Shown piece by piece: positions 39,140 to 47,454 of a stretch of 64,000 bases of DNA (the first letter of the stretch is position 1; each line of letters opens with the position of its first letter). The notes under the pieces are model-generated. The model made no database searches. It was given only the letters and a program-made list of their open reading frames with translations, and was not told where the DNA came from. This DNA comes from Maribacter sp. Its GTDB lineage: Bacteria; Bacteroidota; Bacteroidia; Flavobacteriales; Flavobacteriaceae. Position numbers and translations under genes: made by a program. The DNA is taken from assembly GCA_029287355.1 (NCBI GenBank), contig JARFRH010000054.1, positions 10,533 to 74,532 on the forward strand. The letters are read 5' to 3'.

Positions 39140-40018
39140 ATGAATCTATTTTCTAGGACAAACGGAATTTCGAAATTATCGTTATCATCCTTATTTATAT
39201 TGAGCTTTGCCGTTTCGGTCAATGCTCAAGAGGAAAGCTGGCAAACCATGTTCAACGGTAATGATTTGAACGGCTGGACCACTAAGATCCATCATTATGA
39301 GGTCGATGATAACCATGGTGAGACGTTTCGGGTAGAAGATGGGATACTAAAAGTTAGATATGACAAGTACGAAGGGGATTTTAATGATCGTTTTGGGCAC
39401 TTGTATTTTGATGAACCGTATTCGTACTTTCATCTGTCAATGGAATATCGTTTTGTGGGTGAACCGCACCCTGGGGCCCCTATTTTCATAGTTCAGAATA
39501 GCGGTGTCATGTTTCACTCACAAGATCCAAGAACGATGTTGAAAGAGCAAAACTGGCCCATCTCCGTCGAAATGCAGTTTCTAGGAGGTTTGGAGAAAGG
39601 AAAAGAGAGACCAACGGGGAATATGTGCTCTCCGGGTACCGATGTTGAATATCAGGGCAAAATAGATCCAAGACATTGCATTAACTCAACTTCAAAAACC
39701 TTTTTTGGTGACCAATGGGTGAAAGCCGAGCTTATTGTAAGGGGAGATTCTTTGGTGACACATATTATCAACGGGCAAACCGTTTTAGAATATACCAAGC
39801 CAAGAATAGGGGGGGAAGTCGTAGCAGGCCATGACCCCAAAATGAAGCCAGACGGACAATTATTGAAAGAAGGATTTATCGCACTGCAGAGTGAAGGACA
39901 ACCGATTGATTTCAAGAATATAAAAATCAAGAATCTTGAGGGCTGTACAGACCCTAAGGCGAAAAACTACCGAGACTATTATATAGCTTCAGATAAGGAA
40001 AGCTGTGTTTACGATTGA
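39140..40018 (+). CDS. DUF1080 (3-keto-disaccharide hydrolase-like) exported protein
   Basis: MFNGNDLNGW, NSGVMFH, EMQ, GQW, INGQTV and GFIALQSEG..IDFKNIKIK; signal peptide. Confidence 0.88.
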   Translation: MNLFSRTNGISKLSLSSLFILSFAVSVNAQEESWQTMFNGNDLNGWTTKIHHYEVDDNHGETFRVEDGILKVRYDKYEGDFNDRFGHLYFDEPYSYFHLSMEYRFVGEPHPGAPIFIVQNSGVMFHSQDPRTMLKEQNWPISVEMQFLGGLEKGKERPTGNMCSPGTDVEYQGKIDPRHCINSTSKTFFGDQWVKAELIVRGDSLVTHIINGQTVLEYTKPRIGGEVVAGHDPKMKPDGQLLKEGFIALQSEGQPIDFKNIKIKNLEGCTDPKAKNYRDYYIASDKESCVYD

Positions 40019-40020
40019 AT

Positions 40021-40803
40021 TTATTGTAAATCTTCCGGGTATTTTCCAACTACCGTCCACCCTCCATCTACGGGGATGGTTTGTCCATTGATGTGCGAAG
40101 CATCACTTGACAATAAGAAAAGTACGGTTTTAGCAATGTCTTCAGGCCTTCCTACTCGCTGGTTGGGGTTCAACTTGCTCCAAATACCTTCGTAATCCGG
40201 CTGCTCTTTTGCAGTACGTTCGGTCAGTGTCGCCCCAGGCGCCACAGTATTTGTAGTGATTTTATACTTGCCGAGTACACAAGCTAGATTTTTAGCCATC
40301 ATTCGAAGCGCAGCCTTACTCATACCGTAGGCGGTTAAATGTCGATAGGCTTGAATGCCTACTTGAGAAGACATAAAAACCATACTACCCCTTTCTTTTT
40401 GTTTGATAATTTCCTTGGCCGCTCTTTGCGCCAAGAAAAATGCCCCTTTAAGATTCAAGTCGATAACTTTTTCAAATGAGTCTGGGGTGAAGTCCAAAAA
40501 ATTTCCGAAAAGGGTAATACCGGCATTCGGAACAATAAAATTTACCTTTCCGAAATTTTCCAGTGTAAAATCTACCAAGGCGTTGACCGAGGAAACATCA
40601 CCCGAGTCTCCGGAAAAAGGTAAACAGCCTCCGGAGTGTAGATCGTTGATTTTTATTGCTGCACTCTTTGCTTTTTCACTATCTACATCATTTAACACGA
40701 CTTTTGCCCCGGCTTTGACCAAAAGTTCAGCCACGGCATAGCCGATTCCCTCACCGGCACCAGTGACAATGGCAACATTATCTTTTATCCCAGAATAGTT
40801 CAC
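40021..40803 (-). CDS. Short-chain dehydrogenase/reductase
   Basis: TGAGEGIG, NAG, YGMSK (YxxxK) and VDGG. The GTG start overlaps the upstream TGA. Confidence 0.9.
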   Translation of the reverse strand: MNYSGIKDNVAIVTGAGEGIGYAVAELLVKAGAKVVLNDVDSEKAKSAAIKINDLHSGGCLPFSGDSGDVSSVNALVDFTLENFGKVNFIVPNAGITLFGNFLDFTPDSFEKVIDLNLKGAFFLAQRAAKEIIKQKERGSMVFMSSQVGIQAYRHLTAYGMSKAALRMMAKNLACVLGKYKITTNTVAPGATLTERTAKEQPDYEGIWSKLNPNQRVGRPEDIAKTVLFLLSSDASHINGQTIPVDGGWTVVGKYPEDLQ

Positions 40804-41696
40804 GATTTTTCTTTAAAATAATTTATTGGGGTTCCTTTGATATTCAAATCAATTGAAAAAAGGCCACCACTCAAAGGAAAATCTTTGTGTTGTTGTTGTG
40901 ATAACCCACTTCTTGCAGTAGTAATATACAAAGTCTTTAAGTTTTCTCCACCGAAACAACAAGAAGTCACATGTGGAGCAGGAACATCGATTTTGTCTAT
41001 TGCTTTTCCGGTGAAGGGATTCCATCTTCGAACACAATTACCGCCCCAATGTGCGACCCAGAGCATATCCTCCTCATCGATACACATGCCGTCAGGGCTT
41101 CCATAAGCCTTAGGAACCTCAACAACGGTTTTTGCATTTGAAATCGAACTATTTTCTAGATCAAAGTCAAAAGCCTGAATTTCAAAAGACGGACTATCGA
41201 TATAATAAAAAGTCCTTTTATCGGAAGACCATGCCATTCCGTTAGATACGGATGTATTCGGTATTTGTAAGGTGGGCTGAAGGTCTTGAGCAACACGAAA
41301 AAAATTTCCTGCTTTTGGAGCACAGTTTTTATCCATAGTACCTACCCAAAATGCACCGTTTGGACCGACTTTTCCATCATTAAAACGAATTCGGTCATCG
41401 TAATTTTCCAAGACTCCAAGTTTAGTCAATCGTTCTGCTTTGAAATCAAAAGACGCCAGACCTTTTTCCATGGCCAAAAGTAAATTTCCATTTTGCATAG
41501 GAACGGCCGCACCTACCATTTCGTCAAACGCCCAGCTCTTGTTTTTCCCTATGGACGGCCAATATTGATGCAATTTGTAGCCTTCAATATCTACCCAAAA
41601 CAATGATTGTTTCTTATAATCCCATACCGGGCCTTCACATAGAAGGGCCTTTGTATCGAATAATAAATTAGCATTTCTCCCCATAAATTTAGACAT
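40800..41696 (-). CDS. SMP-30/gluconolactonase/LRE family sugar lactonase
   Basis: EGPVWD, RFNDGK, SNGMAWS, PDGMCID and TSCCFGG..L.TLYIT. Confidence 0.9.
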   Translation of the reverse strand: MSKFMGRNANLLFDTKALLCEGPVWDYKKQSLFWVDIEGYKLHQYWPSIGKNKSWAFDEMVGAAVPMQNGNLLLAMEKGLASFDFKAERLTKLGVLENYDDRIRFNDGKVGPNGAFWVGTMDKNCAPKAGNFFRVAQDLQPTLQIPNTSVSNGMAWSSDKRTFYYIDSPSFEIQAFDFDLENSSISNAKTVVEVPKAYGSPDGMCIDEEDMLWVAHWGGNCVRRWNPFTGKAIDKIDVPAPHVTSCCFGGENLKTLYITTARSGLSQQQHKDFPLSGGLFSIDLNIKGTPINYFKEKS

Positions 41697-41731
41697 TCAA
41701 GCATCTAAAAACAGCACTTAAATATAAGCTT

Positions 41732-42268
41732 ATGAAAAAGGTTTTAACAATTTTGTTGGCATTTTGTTCGCTACAGCCGGGCATTTCACAAACCGATACC
41801 ATTCCCAAAACACAATTTACCATCATGTACCTTCCGGTTTGGCAAGAAGCCGCTTGGCATTGCCTCGAGGTGGCTAAAGCCATGCCGGAGGACCTATATT
41901 CGTACAAGCCAACTGAAATCAGCAAAACATTTGGTGAACAAATGGTGCATATCGCAGCAGCAACGAAATTGTTGACGCAACGTTACGTGCAAGGGTTGGA
42001 GGTAAAACCGAATACCCCAGATGCCTCTAAAATGACCAAGGAGGAAATTTTGGGCCTATTGCAGGCTAGTCTGACTTATACGAAAGGAGTTGTACAAACC
42101 ATTGAACAGGTACAGTTGGATGAGACTTGTAAAATGTATCACAGTGGTAATACAGTTAGTAGGGCATTTGCCCTTTTTTATGTTCAAGACCATATGGCAA
42201 ATCATCGCGCAAAGTCGAACCTATACCTGCGAATGAATGGTATTGACCCACCTGAGTATACGTGGTGA
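41732..42268 (+). CDS. DinB family protein with signal peptide
   Basis: AMPED.Y.YKPT...TFGEQMVHI and DHMANHRA...YLRMNGIDPP. Confidence 0.85.
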   Translation: MKKVLTILLAFCSLQPGISQTDTIPKTQFTIMYLPVWQEAAWHCLEVAKAMPEDLYSYKPTEISKTFGEQMVHIAAATKLLTQRYVQGLEVKPNTPDASKMTKEEILGLLQASLTYTKGVVQTIEQVQLDETCKMYHSGNTVSRAFALFYVQDHMANHRAKSNLYLRMNGIDPPEYTW

Positions 42269-42270
42269 TT

Positions 42271-43899
42271 TTATTCTAAAATACCGGAGTATTTAGATGT
42301 ATTCCCCAAAAGTTCGGTTGCCGCTAAAATGGCATCATCATTTGTGAGGTAATAGGTATACAACCCATCACGATAGAAATAGCGCTTTACGATTTCGTCT
42401 TCCAATTTGCTTTGAATCTCTTTTTGATGAATCTCTAAAGCAGCAGTTTTGCTGTCTTCAATATTCGCCAACAAGGTATTGAAATCCGTTTCGATAGCTT
42501 CATTGAAAATCACTTCTTCACGATTGGACAAGGCCTCTTTCAATATTTTTTCCGTTTTCGTCTCAAATGAGAAATCACTTATGGAAACAAAGGCTTTGAA
42601 CCGTTGAAAATCACCGTTGGTAAAGTTGAAAGAATTTAAATTCTCCAAGGTATTCTTGTAGTAATAATCCGTCGCGAAGTCAAAGATGACATTGTTGTTC
42701 AGTAGCGCCGCGGTCAATGGGTTTGCCTTTATCGCTGTGATTTCAATGTCAGGTAGAACACCACCTCCATCTTTCACTTTTCTTCCGTTTCGAGTTTTGA
42801 ATTCGTTAAAAGTAGTATTTCGAACCGCCTTATTGTTTTTATCCCGGTTCCAATAATCCAATGATTGAATGCATCTTCCAGAAGGGGTAAAATATCTAGA
42901 TATGGTCACTTTCAACTGTGTTCCATAGGTTAATTTCATGGGTCGTTGTACAAGCCCTTTTCCAAAACTTCGGGCGCCCATGACCACTGCGCGATCTAGA
43001 TCTTGTAGGCTGCCGGAAACAATTTCACTTGCCGAGGCACTGCTTCCATTGACCAAAACTACCAGTGGTATCTCGGTATCAACTGCTTTATTTTTGGTTT
43101 TATATTCGCGATTGAATTTTTTGACTTTTGATTTTGTAGTAACGATCAATTCTCCCTTGGCAACAAATAAATTAGTCACATTAATGGCCTCCGATAGTAA
43201 TCCGCCAGGGTTACCCCTTAAATCCAAAATTATTTTTTCAGCGCCTTTTCCTTTAAGATCTAAAAGGGCTTCTTTGGTTTGGCTAGATGCTTTTTCGTTG
43301 AATTTGGCCAAGACAATGTAGCCTGTATTATCATCTACCATATTGTAAAAAGGCACTGCATCGACCTCAACGGCTCCTCGGGTAATTGTAGTTGTTTTAG
43401 TTTCGCCTTGCCTCTTATAGGTAACGGTTACCGAAGTATTATTGGCTCCTTTGAGCAATTCACTTGCGTTATCGTCGAAGTCGGCAACACGAATGTCTCC
43501 TATTTTAATAATTTCATCCCCGGCCTTTAAACCCGCTTTGTCCGCAGGATAGTCTTTATAGGGTTCGATAATCAAGAGCTTATTTTCGTAAGACCTTACT
43601 GTAGCGCCTATTCCTGAATACTCACCTGTATTGTTGATGCGGTATTCTTCAACATCCTGTTCGTTTAAGAATTTGGTATACGGATCCAAATCGTCAAGCA
43701 TGTTCTTGATGGCGGTATCCATCAATTCTGCAGGATTCGTCTCATCAACGTAATTCATGTTCAATTCTTTGAACAGTGTTGTGAATATCTCGATTTGCTT
43801 TGCAATTTCGAAAAAGTCGCTTTTAAAACTACTTCCTACCGCCAAGAACATGACGGCAATCATCGGAATCAAGACTCGCTTTTTCAAAATACTATTCAT
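42271..43899 (-). CDS. S41 family C-terminal processing peptidase
   Basis: LDPYT, PDZ segment GIG...PADKAGLKAGD, DLRGNPGGLL, SASASEIV and SFGKGLVQ. Confidence 0.94.
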   Translation of the reverse strand: MNSILKKRVLIPMIAVMFLAVGSSFKSDFFEIAKQIEIFTTLFKELNMNYVDETNPAELMDTAIKNMLDDLDPYTKFLNEQDVEEYRINNTGEYSGIGATVRSYENKLLIIEPYKDYPADKAGLKAGDEIIKIGDIRVADFDDNASELLKGANNTSVTVTYKRQGETKTTTITRGAVEVDAVPFYNMVDDNTGYIVLAKFNEKASSQTKEALLDLKGKGAEKIILDLRGNPGGLLSEAINVTNLFVAKGELIVTTKSKVKKFNREYKTKNKAVDTEIPLVVLVNGSSASASEIVSGSLQDLDRAVVMGARSFGKGLVQRPMKLTYGTQLKVTISRYFTPSGRCIQSLDYWNRDKNNKAVRNTTFNEFKTRNGRKVKDGGGVLPDIEITAIKANPLTAALLNNNVIFDFATDYYYKNTLENLNSFNFTNGDFQRFKAFVSISDFSFETKTEKILKEALSNREEVIFNEAIETDFNTLLANIEDSKTAALEIHQKEIQSKLEDEIVKRYFYRDGLYTYYLTNDDAILAATELLGNTSKYSGILE

Positions 43900-44269
43900 G
43901 ACTGATTTTTTTATTGAATTTTTCCAATACTGATTTCATTTGTGCTCCAACCTGTTGGGCTGTCGGCATTTCTTTACCAAGATATAAAAATAGGAACGCA
44001 AAAGTTCCCTCCCTATTGTTAAAAACCACTGCTTTGTTCAAACGGTAACTTTCGCGTAGTAGGCGTTTAATGCGGTTTCGTTTTACAGCGCTTTTAAAGT
44101 TTTTTTTAGGTACTGTTACTCCCGCTTGAATCGGTACGTCAATAGGGAGTTCGACCTTGAGATAGATAAGTTTTATCGGATAGCTTGAGATACTTTTCCC
44201 TTTTACAAAGAGCTGTTCGATGAGTTTTTTACTTTTTAGTTTTTCTTTTTTCGGGAAATTAAATGGCAT
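43892..44269 (-). CDS. rnpA: Ribonuclease P protein component
   Basis: FPKKEKLKSKK and VPKKNFKSAVKRNRIKRLLRESYRL (RNR motif); overlaps the S41 start by 8 nt. Confidence 0.94.
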   Translation of the reverse strand: MPFNFPKKEKLKSKKLIEQLFVKGKSISSYPIKLIYLKVELPIDVPIQAGVTVPKKNFKSAVKRNRIKRLLRESYRLNKAVVFNNREGTFAFLFLYLGKEMPTAQQVGAQMKSVLEKFNKKISHE

Positions 44270-44308
44270 AGAACGGTAAAATTACATATAAAGCCTCAGT
44301 TTCACTTC

Positions 44309-44322
44309 ATGACTTTTGTCAT
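44309..44322. promoter_or_regulatory. Perfect 5-4-5 palindrome (Crp/Fnr-like geometry) in the rnpA / ligase divergent spacer
   Basis: ATGAC-TTTT-GTCAT, 77 nt upstream of the ATG at 44400. Confidence 0.5.
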
Positions 44323-44399
44323 AGTTCTGGCCCATCGAAGCTTTTAATTTAGAGGATTGTCCGCTTAAGCCGAAAAATTGCTACAGCAAAGCATACATT

Positions 44400-46250
44400 A
44401 TGGGAGAGCTAAAAGTAAAAAAACTTAAAGGAAGTGCTGAGAAAGCCGATTACATCAATCGACTATTAAATGATATTGAAGCCTTGCGGCTAATGTTTGA
44501 AAAGGGAATGTTCGAAAATGACACCATTAGAATCGGTGCGGAACAAGAATTTTGCCTCGTCAACCGCGAATGGGAACCTTCTGATAAGGCAATGCAAGTC
44601 TTAGAGGCCATTAATGATGATCATTTTACTACAGAAATAGCATTGTACAATCTTGAGGTTAATCTAGACCCACTCGTACTTTCCGGGGACTGTTTTTCAC
44701 GACTTCACCAAAAGCTAGATGAATTGCTATCAAAAGCGAGAGCTAAGGCCGCAGAAGAGGATTTGAAAATCATATTAACGGGGATACTGCCTACAATTGA
44801 CTCAAGACACCTGAAAACTTCGTACATGACACCCATCAAACGTTACGAAATTCTAAATCGGATTATCTGTGACTTGCGTGGTGATGTTCTGGAGCTTCAT
44901 ATCAAAGGAGTGGATGAAATCAATCTTCATCACGATTCTATCCTTTATGAGGGTTGTAATACAAGTTTTCAGGGGCATTTACAATTGGATCCTGCAGACT
45001 TCACAAATAGTTACAATTGGGCACAAGCGATTGCTGGCCCGATATTGTCAATCTGTGCCAATTCACCGTTATTAATGGGAAGAGAGCTTTGGCAGGAATC
45101 TCGAATTGCACTATTTAGACAAAGCGTTGACACTAGGGCAAGCACCTCCTTGCCGAACGAACGTGATGCCAGAGTGGGGTTTGGCAATAATTGGGCGCAA
45201 GGTTCAATAGTCGATTATTACAAAGACAGTGTTGTGAATTTTAGAAGCTGGATAACCGGAGACTTGAACATTGACAGCTTAGAGGAACTGCATAACGGAA
45301 AAACGCCCAAACTTAAGGCGTTACAGCTTCACAACGGAACCGTTTATAAATGGAATAGACTCTGCTATGGGATTACCGATGGCAAGCCCCATGTTCGTAT
45401 TGAAAATCGATACCTTCCTGCGGGGCCCACAACGGCAGATGAAATCGCCAATTTTATGTTTTGGGCAGGCGTGATGCGAGGTCGTTCAAAAAAGTATGAC
45501 GATATTCATGAAAAATTGGATTTTAAAGATGCCAAAAGTAACTTTTACAATGCCGCAAGATATGGTACCGCTGCACAGTTTTATTGGAATGGAGTGCTGG
45601 TGCCCTGTAAAGAACTATTGCTCGACGAGTTTCTGCCGATGGCCTATAGAGGGCTGTATAGCATGAAAATCAAACCGGAAGATGCAGAGAAATACCTGGG
45701 AATTATAGAAAACCGGGTCAAGGGAAGAAATGGTGCCCGTTGGATGGTTGAGAGTGTGCGGAAGTTAAGGCAAGAACACAAAACATCCGACGCACTTCGG
45801 ATAGTGACGGCAAGCATGTATGAACATGAGCGAAAAGGATACACTATTGACGCTTGGCAATTGGCAAGAGGATATGAACACGTATCTGAAGAGGCTGAAA
45901 AGGTGGTGCTACATCATATGAACACCAAAATGATAACTGCCCAAGATAGCGATAGTGCGGCCCTAGTCTTAAAAATGATGGAATGGAAGAACATTCACCA
46001 TGTTCCTATCATGGATTCCCATTTTAATTTGGTTGGATTGCTCACCTGGACAGATGTGGAGCATTATAGAGACAATTCGGAAAGCCTTCAAATTAGCATT
46101 AAAGACATTATGAGAACCAAATTGATTACCACGACTCAAGATACCAAATTAAGGAAAGCAAAGGAAATTATGCATGAGCATCAAATCAACTGTCTTCCTG
46201 TAGTTGAGGGCAAAAAGCTAGTGGGAATCATCACTACAAAAGATTTGTAA
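44400..46250 (+). CDS. Glutamate-cysteine ligase family 2 (GCS2)-like carboxylate-amine ligase fused to a C-terminal CBS pair
   Basis: IGAEQEF, TTEIALYNLEVN, TSFQGHLQ, ANSPLL, ESRIALF, YKWNR and RIENRYLPAGPT; CBS motifs IHHVPIMD...LVGLLTWTD and INCLPVVE..KLVGIITTKDL. Confidence 0.82.
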   Translation: MGELKVKKLKGSAEKADYINRLLNDIEALRLMFEKGMFENDTIRIGAEQEFCLVNREWEPSDKAMQVLEAINDDHFTTEIALYNLEVNLDPLVLSGDCFSRLHQKLDELLSKARAKAAEEDLKIILTGILPTIDSRHLKTSYMTPIKRYEILNRIICDLRGDVLELHIKGVDEINLHHDSILYEGCNTSFQGHLQLDPADFTNSYNWAQAIAGPILSICANSPLLMGRELWQESRIALFRQSVDTRASTSLPNERDARVGFGNNWAQGSIVDYYKDSVVNFRSWITGDLNIDSLEELHNGKTPKLKALQLHNGTVYKWNRLCYGITDGKPHVRIENRYLPAGPTTADEIANFMFWAGVMRGRSKKYDDIHEKLDFKDAKSNFYNAARYGTAAQFYWNGVLVPCKELLLDEFLPMAYRGLYSMKIKPEDAEKYLGIIENRVKGRNGARWMVESVRKLRQEHKTSDALRIVTASMYEHERKGYTIDAWQLARGYEHVSEEAEKVVLHHMNTKMITAQDSDSAALVLKMMEWKNIHHVPIMDSHFNLVGLLTWTDVEHYRDNSESLQISIKDIMRTKLITTTQDTKLRKAKEIMHEHQINCLPVVEGKKLVGIITTKDL

Positions 46251-46254
46251 AAAA

Positions 46255-47454
46255 ATGCCCAGATCATTGGAAGATCCTATCAAGGCTTCACAAACCACAA
46301 GGTTTATTGGAAGTTTTGAAGGAAATAAAAAAGGCCCTACTGTAATATTTTTTGGAGGTATTCATGGAAATGAACCTGCTGGAGTGCAAGCATTGGAGCA
46401 CGTTTTTTCTAGTTTGCATAAGTCCGAATTGGAAATTAATGGAGCAGTTTTCGGTATACGTGGAAATATACCCGCACTATTACAAAAGAAACGTTTCATA
46501 GAGGACGACCTTAACCGTATTTGGTCTTCCGAACAAATCAAACAAATAGAAAAAAAGGACCGTTCAAATTTGAGGCTTGAAGAAATAGAGCTCCTAGAAA
46601 TCAAGGATATTATTACCCAGATATTGCGAACCCAGTCACCGCCATTTTATTTTATCGATTTTCATACTACCTCCAGCAAAACCTTACCGTTCATCACTAT
46701 TAATGATGCCCTGATAAATCGAAGGTTTTCTCAGCAATTTCCCGTGCCTATTATATTGGGCATTGAGGAGTATTTGGAGGGCCCTCTATTGAGTCGGATG
46801 AATCAGTTGGGCTATGTTTCTTTGGGTTTTGAATCTGGGCAGCACGATGACCCGATAGCCGTTGAAAACAGTATTGCGTTTCTCTGGTTGACATTGGTTT
46901 ATACCAAAGTCCTAGATAAGGAGGAGGTCATTGATTTTGACGCGTATTACCACCAACTATATACAGCCTCTGAGGGGAATACAAATTTTTATGAAGTTGT
47001 ACACCGGCAAGAACTAAAAAGGAACGATGCGTTTAGCATGCTCAAGGGTCTTGAAAGTTTTCAAAAAGTGAGTGAAGGTACATTACTGGCCATTCAAAAT
47101 GAAGAAAAGATATATGCAGAAAAAGACACCATATTGTTTATGCCTTTATATCAACGGCAAGGAGCAGAAGGGTTTTTCTTGATTAGACATACCCCAAATT
47201 GGGCATTAAAAACATCCGCGATAATTCGAAAATCCAAATTAGATAGCCTGTTGACTTACTTGCCAGGAATTTCTTGGAGTGACCACGAAAAACAAAGTCT
47301 ATTGGTCAATCTTAACGTGGCTCGCTTTTTTACCAAATCCTTTTTTCACCTTTTGGGGTATCGTAACCGTAAAGTAGACGAAACCCATATACTCATGCAT
47401 AATCGTGAGCGTACCGCAAAAAACAAAATGTATCGTAAGGAAGCTTGGTACTAG
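46255..47454 (+). CDS. Succinylglutamate desuccinylase/aspartoacylase (M14-like) deacylase
   Basis: GGIHGNE (HxxE), DLNRIW, IDFHTTS and GFESGQH; 4 bp after the ligase gene. Confidence 0.87.
   Translation: MPRSLEDPIKASQTTRFIGSFEGNKKGPTVIFFGGIHGNEPAGVQALEHVFSSLHKSELEINGAVFGIRGNIPALLQKKRFIEDDLNRIWSSEQIKQIEKKDRSNLRLEEIELLEIKDIITQILRTQSPPFYFIDFHTTSSKTLPFITINDALINRRFSQQFPVPIILGIEEYLEGPLLSRMNQLGYVSLGFESGQHDDPIAVENSIAFLWLTLVYTKVLDKEEVIDFDAYYHQLYTASEGNTNFYEVVHRQELKRNDAFSMLKGLESFQKVSEGTLLAIQNEEKIYAEKDTILFMPLYQRQGAEGFFLIRHTPNWALKTSAIIRKSKLDSLLTYLPGISWSDHEKQSLLVNLNVARFFTKSFFHLLGYRNRKVDETHILMHNRERTAKNKMYRKEAWY

Noticed and set aside
44400..46250. Calling the ligase gshA
   Set aside because: The GCS2 fold has diverse amine substrates; the CBS fusion and deacylase partner argue against a default call.
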